Assembly (NCBI RefSeq): GCF_009914755.1 | Contig: NC_060932.1 | Source of the DNA: the human T2T-CHM13v2.0 reference genome, Homo sapiens | Reading direction: 5' to 3' (one strand) | DNA length: 64,000 nt | Shown: positions 39,421-53,200 of the stretch, piece by piece | Layout: the number at the start of each line of letters is the position of its first letter | Position numbering within the stretch: the stretch's first letter is position 1 | Made by a program: the position numbers and the translations under genes | Notes under the pieces: model-generated | What the model was told of the DNA's origin: nothing | Databases searched by the model: none | The model's input: only the letters and a program-made list of their open reading frames with translations

Positions 39421-41576
39421 CAGGCAGCACAAAGGCCCTGGGCCCTTAAAAGGAAGGAGAAAGAGAGTAAGAATTAGTATAGGAAGGCATCGGCAAAATT
39501 CTGTAAACAGCCAGATGTTTTCTACCCTGCAGGCTGAAATAAAACATCATACACTTAAACATTTTTGAAATCTGCTTTTTGAACCAATCTTTAATCTGCC
39601 ATTGAAAAGGAACCATTTTTTATTTTCATAATTTTTTTTTTTTACCTGGGAGCTGAAAGGGAGACTTAGTGTAGACAAAGAAGTCACTGGGCTGAGTAAG
39701 ATGGAATCTGCTGCTGCCCTACTCCTCTCCACCCAGGCAACCTGAACTTTCTGGGGAATCCAAGAGCCAAACAGGGAGATTCTGACCACCCAGAAAGGGA
39801 CAAGATTCGTGCTTTACCTGAAAGAAGGACCAGGAAAGACTTCCTATGGGCCATTTCCATTGATTTTTGGGGAGACTATCTCTGATACAATGGAAATATT
39901 TTTAGTGGTTAATTTCATTTATTGCGCATATATGTTGGTAATCCTAGTGCTGGATAAACCTTGCTTTTAATAGCAATTTTCTCTTGAGCAAGCAGCTCAC
40001 CATGTTTGAGCCTCGGTTTCTTTAGCTGCCAAATGAGGACACAATGATGATGTCATTATTAGAAATACATAACCAATTTTTTTTTTTTTAAAAAGACATA
40101 ATTGCTGATAGAGAGGAGGAGCTCAATAAATGACAGTTCTTTCTGTTTGGCACACCAAGTCTCTGCCCTTGACTGAAGAGGTTACAGATACATTATTCCA
40201 ATAGTTAAGCCAATTATTGCCAATATTTATTGAGCCACCACAAAAAACCCAAGAGTGAACTGGGCACTAAGGAAGCAGAATTTAATCTCTGCATTTAGGA
40301 AGCTAGTAGTCTAGTGGAATATGGTTCAAGTACAATGCAAGGTATTTTTGGAAGTAAATGTAGAATTGTATGCTACAAACATCTAGTACTTTAGATTTTA
40401 GGAAACAGTGAATTCAAATGGAGCTGAGATCAGCACAGAATCCTTCAGGGAGGCGATGCTAGTGCCTAAGTCCTAAAGGGTGAGCATGATCTGGGTGGGT
40501 GGGAAGGTGAAAGAAGGCAATGTTCATCTTTAACCCACCATTACATGAGAAATGACTCACAAAATAACCTTGCCTCACCTCAAAGGAGGCCACAGTGTTA
40601 TTCATTTTCTTGGAAAGAGAGCTAAAGTTTCCAAGGCATTTTGAAAAGAGAATTGGATGCTACACCTTTTTATGATTCAACCATTTCCAGATATGATTCC
40701 ATTAAGTGCCTTTTTAAGACTTCTGCTATCATTCTCTGAAGCTCAGGGAAAAGATTCTTTGTGGTTTGACATTCCTTTTCATTTACTCTGGAGGAAAACT
40801 CACCATGAAAATTTCCATATGTTCATCTTCTCCTGTACATATTTATATCAACAGTTTCCCTTTTAACAACTTTCAAAATGTATGCTCTTTCCAAAGTTAT
40901 TTTCCCTAAAAGTAATTCACCAGTAACATAATTCATAGATTACGGGGACTGCACAAAGTTATAGAGGCAGGTGTGACATTTCTACTTGGTAAAAGTCATT
41001 GTCCCAGAGCATAACAAGGGGCAAGATTTACCCACTGGCTTGAGGTATTCACATTGTTCTATTATGATCTGTGATAAACTTATCACTGCTGAAGCAGGCT
41101 GTTGGTTTTAGCAAGAGATTGTTACCATATATATTTGTGATATAAAATCCATCTTAATGAAAAAACATAGCATGTGGGTGGGCAAGAGAGGCAGTCAGTA
41201 AATGCAAAATCATGAGATTGGAAGCTATTGATTTCCGTACTCCCTCCACCCCCAGGTTCTGTGAAACTGAAATAAGAAGCAAAAGTTAAATAACATGAGA
41301 ATATTTGAACTTGCAAATATCAAGCCAGGAATTTCCTAAAGAAGCATTACAGGCTTTTTATAATGAGATAGTCAATCCCATTATCCCAAAGAGTCCAGTT
41401 TAGTTTTGGCATTTACATACACTGCCTTAATAGCCTGGTGTAATTCTGAATATATGTTTTAATAGGTACATGTATGTAGGCTAAAGAAGAGACAGCATTT
41501 AACAAAAGTATGGTTTGGCCATGTTCATACTCCCTAATAGCCATAATCAAATATCTCCTCATTCTGTTGTGTGATT

Positions 41577-41577
<1 letters not shown>

Positions 41578-41622
<45 letters not shown>

Positions 41623-42032
41623 TTTAAGTTCTGGGGTACATGTGCATAACTTGCAGGTTTGTTACATAGGTATACACGTGCCACAGTGGTTTGCTGCACC
41701 CATCAGCCAGTCATCTACATTAGGTATTTTTCCTAATGCTATCCCTCCCCTAACCCCTCACCCCCAACAGGTTCCAGTTTGTGATGTTCCTCTCCCTGTG
41801 TCCGTGTGTTCTCATTATTCAACTCCTAGTTATGAGTGAGAACACGCAGTGTTTGGTTTTCTGTTCTTGTGTTTGCTAAGAATGATGGTTTCCAGCTTCA
41901 TCCCTGTCCCTGCAAAGGACATGAACTCATCCTTTTTTATGGCTGCATAGTATTCTATGATGTATATGTGCCACATTTTCTTTATCCAGTCTATCATTGA
42001 TGGGCATTTGGGTTGGTTCCAAGTATTTGCTA
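41578..42032 (-). mobile_element. L1PA7-like 3' fragment whose tail has become (TA)21 (41580-41621)
   Basis: tactttaagttctggggtacatgtgca...gcaaaggacatgaactcatcc. Confidence 0.9.
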
Positions 42033-44092
42033 ATGGGCCACATACATGCTTAACCAAGGAGACTCTTCCAGAGCATCCTATGTCTTTATGCCTTTAGACC
42101 AAAGTAAATGTGTATTGGAAATAGAGATGGACCAACACCAGAAAAGCCACACTGTGATCTGAGAACATCATTTATGATCTAGAACATCATTTATCCCTCT
42201 GCCATGTTTTCATGCTTGAAATGAAGAGGTAGACTAGAAAACCTCTAAGGTTCCACCATCACTGATTTCTTGCTAAGATTAAGAAGAATCAATGGAAATT
42301 AGCATGGACCATCTACAAAGGAGAGCTCTTGATGTGCTCCTCACTGCATGAAGCACAGCTCAAGCATTTTCCCACTTTCAACTCTTGGGCTGTTGGCCAA
42401 GATAAATGAGTTGCTATGTGGAAAGCACTGAACACATAGCTCTCTAAAATTTAAAAGAAAAAAAAAAGGAAAAGAGAAAGGGGCCCTATTAAGCAGGTAC
42501 TGTTATTTTCCCTATTTTATAAAAGAGGAAATTGAGGTTGTAGATAGGTAAAATATTCCACCCAAGGCCACCCAAATAACATGGCATGAAGCCATGACTC
42601 AAATTTAGGGCCCTCAAATCCAAAGTTCACATTGAATTGCTGTTTATAAATCTGAAAGTAAGAGAGTTGCATAACCATAGAGCAAAGAAGATGCCCAACT
42701 CTTCCTGAACAACAGTATAGGTGGTCAAAAATTTTAAAGGTATTGTGTTTTGGTGATGCAAGTGGAAGAAGAACCAAAAGTAATGGTAAGCTAGAACTAT
42801 TAGAGATGGATTTGGGATTTGAATTTTCAAGATGGATGTGTTCCAGGTTCATGTACTGCTGAGCAGTTAGTTACATTTAATGCTTGTTTCTCATTTTAGT
42901 TCACATACCTTTCAAATAAGAAGTATATGAAGTAAAAGCTTGGATTTGCTATGTTTATAGTCTTATTACAACTTTTAATAAAGTTGTTTCCTATGCAAAA
43001 ACAAAATGGCCAAGATTCTGATCTCACAAATATAGGTTTCCTCCCTTGCTTTATTTCTTGATCCATTCGTCTTTCCATTTATTTATTCAAAAGCACAACT
43101 ATTAAACAAAGCTTTAGGGATACTCAGAAGAGAAAGGGGGATGTATTGCTGGGGAATTAAGGAAGGTTTTTCAAAGGAAATGCAGGTTGAATTTGGTATT
43201 GATGAAGGAGAAGGAGTTCACTGAATATCCAAAAGGGAAGCGAGTCAGGGGTTGGCATTTCAGACAGTGTTCCGGGGATGATTACAGATAAGATGGCTTT
43301 TTTGAGATGGTGAAAAGTTCAGGAGGTGGTTGAAGGCTACGGGGATAGGATGAGAATTTCTTGCTATGTAGGAGTGAGAGAAGGACACCGTGCGATGACA
43401 GACAAAGTAAGTTTTGAACCATACACTAAAGGGTTTGAGTTGAATGGAGAATTTACGTTAGAAAGTAAATTGAAAGGGATTTTCAAAGGAAGGATGGAAT
43501 CATTCCACTGGGTTCGGATGAGGGGAGTTCAGACTGGTTTCCTGGTTGTAAGAAAAGGAATTCATTCTACGCTGTAAAATGTTATTCCAATGATAAATTC
43601 TCTCACTAGCATATCCACTTTGAAAAACAACGTTATGAACTTCCCTGCCCTGTAATTCAGGAACCATAGAGATTTAGATCATGCATCTTTGAAGTGTTCC
43701 CTACAGTGTAATACTGGCCACCCAGCCTGCAGCATCTGCTCCGTCTGTGTCCAGTTTCCTTCTCTTGCACCACGACCGATGCAGCTCTTCTTTTTTGGTG
43801 TACCTCAAATCCAGAAGCACACCACTTCTGCCTCCTTTTCAGGCTGGCTTTCTCCATTCTTCTCATTCTTGCTCCTTCCCCTCTTTCCTTCTTTCTTTGT
43901 ACTCATTTTCCTCCCACCCTCTGTTCTTCCCACTTTCCCTCCCTCCTTTTCTTCCTTCCTTCCTTTCTTTTAAAATCAAGTGAACACAATTATCCCCGTT
44001 TTCCAGATGAGGAAACATAAAGAAATGAAGTGACTTGCCCAGGGTTGCTGATCTCTATTCTATCTGCATTCTCCTGAACTGCCTTTACCCTA

Positions 44093-44250
44093 TATTTTAG
44101 AAATGGATTTTAAGGGCAATATTTAGAAATCAAAAATAAAACTAAATTTTAAAAAAACTAATTTTAAAATTTTTAAAATTTTATTTTAGAAATGGATTTT
44201 AAGGGCAATATTTAGAAATCAAAAATAAAACTAAATTTTAAAAAAACTAA
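44093..44250. repeat. Perfect 69-bp direct duplication (44093-44161, 44182-44250) with a 20-bp spacer
   Basis: Base-by-base identical copies. Confidence 0.95.
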
Positions 44251-44399
44251 AATTTCTCAAAGAACTTACAGTATTTCACGGGTAGGACAAAACTATAGGC
44301 CAAAAAGAAAGCTTCAGATTTCCATATAACATGCCAGTTGTATATTTTGCCATATAATTATTATTGATCAGAAAATATTGAGTTTTTTGCTACTTTTTA

Positions 44400-45210
44400 A
44401 AATTAAAAACTGTGATTTCCTTGTAATATTGTGACTCATAAGATAATACTGAATTTAAAAAAAAGTCTACCACTATATGACAAATACACAGTTTTCATTT
44501 TCTCATATTCCCATTTTATTCCATTCAAATATGTTTTACATGAATAAAATCATACTATTTATAAAATCCTGCTTAATATTTTTATGCTGATATCTACATT
44601 GTGCAGTGTTCACATTTATCATATTTAAAACATATATTTTACTACCTAATAAACTTATGGATTTAATTATCCTCCTATTGTTGCATATTAGGTAGACATA
44701 ATAGTTTTTGCTCCTAGAAGTAGCACTGTAGTGAAAATTTCTTACGTATGCCATTCAGTCTTGCTAAATTGTTTTATTAAAATAAATCTCTCACTAGACT
44801 ATAAACTTTTTCAAACAGTTTTTGCCTTGTTTGTTTTTGCAGATCAAGTGCTCAACTGGGGCACACAATTAGGACTTTTTGAATAAAATAAATAAAATAA
44901 TTCTAAGATTCATAATCATTGGGGCAAAAGATATGAATAGCTATCTGGCTTTTAATATTTGTTAAATATTACCTAAAGAGTCATACAGTTTCCAATGACT
45001 TTAGCAATGTACAGGTTTCATCACAATAGGACAGTACTGGCTGTTAAAATTTTAAAAAATTTTATGAATGTCATTGTTGTTAGTAAAAGAAGTTGCTTTA
45101 ATTTAGAAGCCTCTGATTAGTTTTTTTCTTTCAACTATTTTTTTGTTGTTTACTAATTTTTCTTTTAAGAAATTATGTCCTTATAAGTGAGAATCTCCTT
45201 AAAGTATTTT
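44400..45210 (-). mobile_element. Highly decayed L1ME-type fragments
   Basis: gtagtgaaaatttcttacg...cattggggcaaaagatatgaata resemble old antisense L1M. Confidence 0.45.
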
Positions 45211-46825
45211 TCATTAGCCAACATTTTTGTCTGTGAAGAGGAAGGAGAAAGAAAAGAAGGAGGAAGAAGAGAAACTTCTAGCCCAACTTTTCCACTTCAG
45301 GGAGTAGATTTTAAATGTGTTTCATTCAGGACTGCCATCTTAACTAGACCCAACGGCATGAAATTTGAAAGCATATCAAGTTTACCTTTTCAAAGGAGAT
45401 GCTGCTAAGTGAAGTTAGGATATTCATGTATATTCAGAACTTTCAAACTGTGCCCCAGCATCAAATGCCAAAATACTATACAGCACATAAACATCTTTGT
45501 TCTGCTGAAAATGATATTGCTCGGGTCAAAATGTCTCTATGGCAATATTTCTAACTCAGGAAATTGTTCAGGGAATTAATGTGAACTACACTTCCAGAAG
45601 CTAAAATGAAGTGCCTTTGCTTTGGAAAAGCACAGAGTTTCCCTTTGTTTATAGGTACCCTAATTTTACATTTTACTTAAGCATCTTATGAGGAACTTAA
45701 GAGATATATTTAGACATGGAAGCTCTTAAGTGTATATCAACTTCGTTATTTATAAGAATAAAACTTCTCTAAGAGGAAGGAAACAAACATGAATTTAGAA
45801 TGTCCCTTGCAGGAATCACTAGGCGCTTTCACTGTTATTTAATCTTTACAACATTTGAGGTATATATTATTGTCACACAGAGAGATTAAATAAATTGACT
45901 AGGTCACACGATTATTATATGAAAAAGCTAGACAAACTCTCTCTGACACCAGAGGTTTATACTTTTTCATTGACTGCCGTGTTGGACACAGTTTTAGCTT
46001 CTAAGGCAAAATGATCTGAAAATGTTCAAAGATGACTGATTAAAAGCAGTAGAATAGGTTACTCAGTCAGATGAACTATGCCATTTTTATCTGTCTATAC
46101 GGCATAAACTATGAAACTGTCCAAGGAAATCCCATTACATTCCACCCTCAAAATATATTTTTCTGTTCTGCTTACATTGTTTTTTGCCAACCATTTTGTT
46201 TTTAACAATCAACATCATAGAATGTTAAATTAGAAGAGGTTTTAAGCGTCATCTATTCCAACCACCACATTTTAGATATTGCAAAATGATGGTTTACAAA
46301 CTTGCTCATAGTTACATATTCTTATGATAATTGAATTTGAGACTAATATTGGTAGAAATAATTTCTTTGTGTAATATTTTGAACCACAGAAAATTAAGTT
46401 CATAACCATTTTTCTAACGAGTGAGTGAATAAATGAAAGAACACTTATTTTCCCTGTTCCTTTTTTGTTTTGTTTTAAGCTAAATAGGGCAGGACTGTGG
46501 TGCCAGACATATACATAGATTTTTTTAAGGCACTAGACCCTGTGACTTTAGCTACTCAAGGAGAAATGCCCCTTTTGTAATTTTGTCTTTTTCTCATCCT
46601 GATCGGATGTTAAAAGAAACAATGCAAAAATCTTTCTTCTGTTTAACATGAAGACTTTATTATAGAAATCTGACTTAGGTACGTCATCTCCATGAGGACC
46701 TGTGGGAGGCATTGCCTTTAAAACCACCTATATAGAATAACTGTAGTTCTTCTGAGCAATTGACTTACTTTTACCTAATAAGAGCTATGATTTTCACACT
46801 TAAACTATTTGCATCTTTATATTGA

Positions 46826-46927
46826 CTGCCAAACAATGTGTTAATGGTAAAGGTATTTACAAAGTTTTTATCACAAAATTAATTATGATAAAATATGAAA
46901 AGTAGAAAAAAACACATTGTTTGGCAG
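46826..46927. repeat. Inverted repeat: perfect 17-bp arms CTGCCAAACAATGTGTT/AACACATTGTTTGGCAG with a nested 8-bp stem
   Basis: Arms 46826-46842 and 46911-46927; inner TTTTATCA (46866-46873)/TGATAAAA (46886-46893). Confidence 0.9.
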
Positions 46928-47813
46928 ATTTCTTAAAACAAAGTTTCTGAGGTCAAAGAGATGATGTGAGTCTGGAACTTAAAAAGTGTCTAACTATTTT
47001 TTACCTCTCTAAGGCAAAGTATAGGAAAATGTATTATCTCTTGAAAATTAGTAATAAAATATTTTCCAGAAGCATTGCAGCAATTCACATTTGTGAGAGC
47101 ATCATTTATACTAGAGAGCTAGGAATCTTTATTGTCATTATTACTGTATTATTTTTAGTATTGTTATTACTAAGACGCAATAACATATGTCATTATTTAC
47201 ATTGATTTATTTTAGGCTTCAAGATAATTGACCAAAATACCAAAAGATATTCAGTAAATAAGTATTTTGTGAAGGCTTTCTTTTGCGTCAGGCAAAGTTC
47301 TAAGGTCTCTGCTTAGTCCAGCAACCCAGTCATCATTCGTAGGGTAATTTAAAAATTCTGATCAAATGAGGGTGAGTGCTTTCAGTGGATTCACCAATTT
47401 GGTCAACAGGCAGTTAATAAAAGCTTCCCATGTGACAAGCACTAAGACAGGGACCAGGGCTACGGTAGTGAGTAGTGGTTTTATTGGGATTCAGTATGAC
47501 TCATAACGGACATTGGTTTTAGTCCTATAGCTTTTTATTGTTTTCCTTCTCCTTCATCATGTAAAAATAGACATTTCTCAATACAATATTTCCAAGTTTG
47601 ATTGATTATGATATGGAAGCTGCATAGTACAAAAACATAATTATTAAAATTTGGAATGAAACACTTGCTTTATTTTTTATGTTTGTTCTGTTTGACCTTG
47701 GGAAACTACCGTTATGTGCCAAGCACAGTGCCAGTTTTTGCCAGCTTGCTTGTATTTTTCTGCTAATAACCTTATAAGAAAAAGCTACAGACATCAACAA
47801 GGAGTTTAGAGGC

Positions 47814-47879
47814 ATTTGTAAAACTGGCTAACACAATGGTACCTACATCAAATGGTTGTTGCAGTGATTGAATAAGATA
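47814..47879 (+). repeat. 66-bp dispersed copy of 54850-54915, flanked by direct repeat AGGCATT
   Basis: 59/66 identical, no gaps. Confidence 0.85.
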
Positions 47880-49193
47880 CAGGCATTGACAAGAAGTATA
47901 AAGGTTTCAATACGTTTTTCCTGTAGTTGCTGATCCTTAAATGGGAAAAAGATTGTCTCATTAACTTCCTGTAATAACAAGGCATAAGGAGAGGCTGATG
48001 AACTATCGCCCACCTGCCTCCCTTACTGAGTTCTCCTGTAACAGCTAAGGAGTCTGGTACTGCCAACTCGGTTCCTACTGCCTGCAACCATGACAAAAAA
48101 TCACAAGCTGCTTTCCTATGTAAACGCCTGCTTTCACTCCCTGACTCCAGCATATTTAGGAGACAAACCTCCCGCCCCGTTTAAGAAGCCTCCATTCAGC
48201 ATGACCTGCAATCAGAGACTGGAAACAGGCAGAGGAAGCCTCATAGCAAAAGATGTTTTTCCTAGGGGGAATCTATTGAAGCCAGGGTTTTGTCGCTTTT
48301 GACAGAGAGCTTAATTAGCCTTTAACTCTTTAACCACAATGTGATCTTAAAGTATGGAGAGGAAATTAACCACCACTGCTCTGAGTCACATGGAAGAAAT
48401 TAAAGTAACGTCCTCCTTCACTAATCCTCTTTCAAGGCACAATAGTAAATATGCATTATATTTAACAATCATGCTCCCCTGGAGCTAAGCATGGGTCTCA
48501 GTGAAAATAAATACTCTCTAATGTGTCTCAGAATGCTACCCTAGAATCACAAACAAAAAGTCTTGTGACTGCATCCCCAGCAGAATGCACTGCCTAATGA
48601 CAAGGACTGGGATCAATATATAGGCTTTGAGGGTTGATTTGTTATCTAGGATTTATAATTCATTTTTGGTTGCAAAACAGAAGCTCAGTTAGGTGTGATG
48701 GTCACTTCCCAAGTCTGATGCTCTTCCAGTCTTGGAGATAGTTGTAGAGAGAAGTGTTGGGAGTGCTGGGTTCTAAGGCACAGAGATGACATTGATGAGT
48801 GTCCTGGCTATATCATTTACCTACTGCACATCTGATTTCTGTAATATGACAACACGCATTTAGTTAATTATATATATTTTTTCATTATACATATACTTTT
48901 TCATATAGATTTGTAATATATATTCATTCAGATACATAAATGTATAAACATAAAATATATGACTATATAAACTCATATATAAATACAGAAATATGTAAAT
49001 GTATACATCTATCTAAACATACACATACATAAATATATACACAAATATATAAAAATATCTTTGCATAAATAAAGCGTGGATGTATCTATTTCCTTGGATG
49101 TGGAAAAGGATTGCAGGGGTTAGTGTCTTATTTATTTCCTCATGAAATCACATTGCAAATATATATCTCATTGCAGTGAGATATATTTGCATC

Positions 49194-49399
49194 TACTATG
49201 GTTTGGATCTGTGTCCTTGCCAAATCTCATGTGGAACTGTCATCCCTAATGCTGGAGGTGGGGCCTGGTGGGAAGTGATTGGATCATGGGAGCAGTTTCT
49301 AATGGGTCTGTGAAACAATGAGCCAATTAAACCTCTTTTCTTTATAAATTACCCAGTCTCAGGTATTTCTTTATAGCAATATGAGAACGGACTAATACA
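49194..49399 (+). mobile_element. MSTA/B LTR with a large internal deletion
   Basis: Both termini present; perfect 5-bp TSD GCATC; only 206 bp. Confidence 0.9.
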
Positions 49400-49404
49400 G
49401 CATC

Positions 49405-49605
49405 TAGCTCTGCATCCTAAACACGTTATTCACTAGCTTTGTGACCTTGAGCCAGGTATCTGTGTAATAGGGATAGAAATAGCCATTAGATTATAGGGTC
49501 TTCACGAGTCTTATACATTATAGCGTTGTCGTGAGCTGATGTGCGTAAAGCATTTAGCACAGAGCTGGGAATATATTAAGTGCAAAATAAATGTTAGCTA
49601 TTACT
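49405..49605 (+). mobile_element. MIR
   Basis: ctagctttgtgaccttgagc...aaagcatttagcacagagctgg...aataaatgttagctatta. Confidence 0.75.
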
Positions 49606-50429
49606 ATATGTCTATATCGCTATTTCTCTGTATATATAAAGCCATAATTAAATATTAGAATCCTCTGAATATTGTGCTTGAAAAGGGACTCTACTGCTTT
49701 TCTAAAGGACTCTTTAAACATATTGATGTAGTCCAATATAAGGGAGATAAAATCCAGAAATGATGTGACTGTGTCAAGGTCACAAGGGGCTGTGGTCTCT
49801 TGGTAAAAGGAAGGTCTCAGGAAAAAATTTGGGATGGTTGGTTTAAGAAAAACTCATTGGAATCGGTTAATAGGTTGTTGAATGAAAGGGAATTGATTTA
49901 ATCCTTCTACTGACACTACTGCCTCTATTGTCTCCCCGACTCACACATGGATGCCCACACATGCAACTGCCCCAAAAAACTCACCCCCACAACACACACA
50001 AACACATACCTGTTCACTCACATATTCACGTGAAAACACATACACACCCGGAGTCTGCTGGGTGCAGAAGCTTCACAGACTGTTATTTTTCATTTCCACC
50101 TTGCACGCTACACACTGAGTCATCAAGAATTACCTTGTTTTGAATGGTAGGTCAATCCTACCAAATCAGGGTGCCTTGGATGCTCCTTTTTCCTACTCTT
50201 TGCCTGACCCATCTATTGAGCTTTCACTATATTAAGCTGTTTACAGGTATTGTTTCCTTTAAAAATTATAACCACCTAATCAGGTAGAGAGTAGCCACTT
50301 ACCAATTTTTTTTTTTTTTTTTTTTTTTACTCATAGAAGTTAAGCGAATTGGCCCTATCCCAGAGCTATTTGTTGGCAATATCATGATTCAAAACCAGTT
50401 CTGTGTCACCCCAAAGTCCATGCTGTATT

Positions 50430-50682
50430 CCAGGGTTTCCTAAGCTGGGGGTCTCAATTCATGAATATATTTAAGAAACTCGATTAAATAAGTTTCAGCT
50501 AGCATCTAAAGTAATTGAAACAGAATGGAAGAAAAAAAGTGAGTATATTACACACAGTAAGTGTTGGTTAGTGCAGTTTTGTAAAAGTTGTCTAAATATG
50601 CACGTGTTTGTGTGTTCTGGAGAGCTACATAAAATAGATTTTGTATTATAGGACTCAATCAGAAAAATGTTGAAAACTACAA
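50430..50682. mobile_element. Probable hAT-Charlie fragment
   Basis: cagggtttcctaagctggg start and ...gttgaaaactac end resemble Charlie termini. Confidence 0.4.
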
Positions 50683-51082
50683 CTCTGCTCTATACAGCTG
50701 GGTTCAGTCCAGTCTTTCAGCACTAGAACTTTACTGGAGCCCATCAGCCAGAATAAATTGCTTCCGCATGTGTGTTCCCCAAGCACAGCGAACATTCCTA
50801 TCCTATAACCCTAATCAAATTGCACTTTGGTTTCCTCCTCGAATAGTGTCTATGTATATGTGACTCCTTCCTCCTGTGCCTTTCATCTCTGCTTCTCCTG
50901 GTCTAGCGCAGCAACGGGGAGAAAATGAGCACTCAGTGAGTGATTATTGCCTTCGCCTTGATGAAATTAAAAACTCATTTAAGAGCTGATTTCTCCAATT
51001 TTTGTATCTACTGGATTTCTCTCTATTATAGCCTAACCTGAGACAATTTTACTTTTCCTTAGCATCTACAGCAATGACAGGC

Positions 51083-51230
51083 TAAAGAAGAAAAGAACAA
51101 GGAGGAGGAGAAGAAGAAGGAGAAGGAGGAGGAGAAGAAAGAAGAGGAGGTGGAGAGGAAGGTGGAGGAGAGGCAGGAGGAGGGGGAGGAGGAGGAAAAG
51201 AAGAAGATGACAGAGGAATGGAAAAAAGAA
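51083..51230. repeat. GA-rich low-complexity (GAA/GGA) tract
   Basis: Directly visible. Confidence 0.85.
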
Positions 51231-52167
51231 TAGCATATGCAAAATTATTAATTTGGGTAAGACTTCAAAAAGAAGATAAACTTAGTACTATTTATTTAAT
51301 ATAAGTTTTGATATTAAAAATATAAGAATTTATCCATAGGCCCACAAAGTCCCAAGAGCTGATAATTAATAGCTGGAGGAATTTGGTTATATCCAGAGCA
51401 AGGACCCTTTGGGCTATTAACCAAGGAAGAGAACATCAGAAGAGAAAGAAATGAGAACTTTCCACCCCCTCTTCCTGAACTATCCTTTTGCTAGCACACA
51501 AAACCAGGCCAAGAATTGCCTCCTGAGGCTAGAGAGGGTTTGACTGTACTTTTTTGGCTGTTTATGTGGTTTTACTGCTTTATATTTTCACATGCCTTTG
51601 TGGAAGGGAAGAGGAAATATAGTCCTGAGAGTCTGTTCTCACGAAGAGGAAGCCACAGCAAATCCTGATAGAGGCAGAAACCCCTTGGGTCATATTTTCC
51701 CTTGCTCTGTTGTAGGAGGAAAATACTTGAGTGACTGGGTTCATCTTCTCACATAAATAAGGAGTTCTTTATTTGGAATCAGTGTTGACCAACTAGGGCA
51801 TTGGAAAGCACAGTATATTCTCACTTAAGGGCTAATATAATCCAGTGGAGTGACATGAATTAGTTAGTGGTACACAATTCTCAGAGAAAGTCACTTTATG
51901 AGTTCTTCTATTTATATTTTTCTATTATTATTATGATTATTACACGATTGTCTTATTCTATAGTGTTACTTTTTAAGGGCCTCTTATCCTACTCTCTAAG
52001 ATTAGACCTATAAGCCTTGCCAGAACGTAGAGCTTAACATGGAGACAGGATACAGGGTACATGGAGGCTGGCACTGTTGTAGATCCCATGACTTTTTGTA
52101 AACTATGATCAAAAACAGAGAAATTGACACTGCAAAATATGATCCTACACGTTTAAATAATTCACTT

Positions 52168-52524
<357 letters not shown>

Positions 52525-52794
52525 TTAAGTGGAAAGTATTTCTATTCAAGTCTCAAACCCTAAGTTATCTTAACCTATTTGGTTAGATAAGAAAAATATA
52601 CTGGTCGAAATTAAGCCATTTCTTTGATAAGAAAAATATACTGGTCGAAATTAAACCGAGAGAACCTTGGGAATGTAAGTGTGCCACAGCACACCCCTTC
52701 TTCCCATCTCCCACTGCGATGAGTTACTACCTCCTAATTCAGGGTGAGTCTTCTTCTTTCCATCTTGACCATTACTTTCTTAGTTCCGACTCTG

Positions 52795-53200
52795 TCACCT
52801 AATTACATCAGCTCTTGAAAAGCAGAGGATGTTCTCTGATTGGTGGTAGAAGTAGAAGTAAGAGAGATTCAACCATAAGAAAAATTTTACATGCCATTGC
52901 TGATGTTGAAGATGGAAGGGCCATGTGCAAGGACTGGAGCTGGGAGAGGCCCCCAGCTGACAACCAACAAGGAAGACCTCAGTCTTACAACCATGAGGAA
53001 CTGAATTCTGCCAATAACAGGAATTGAAAGAAGAGCCCAAGGTCCAGATGATAATGCAGCTAGCCACCACATTGATTTCAGCCTATTGAGACCTTGAGAA
53101 CCTAGTTATACCACCTAGACTTCTGACCTCCAGAGCGGTGAGATAATAAATGGGTATTGTTTTAAGTTGCTAAGTTTGTGGTACTTTATTATAACTAATA
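52795..53200 (+). mobile_element. MLT1E-type LTR, 5' truncated
   Basis: gacctcagtcttacaaccatgaggaactgaattctgccaa...gttgctaagtttgtggta...ctaataca. Confidence 0.8.
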
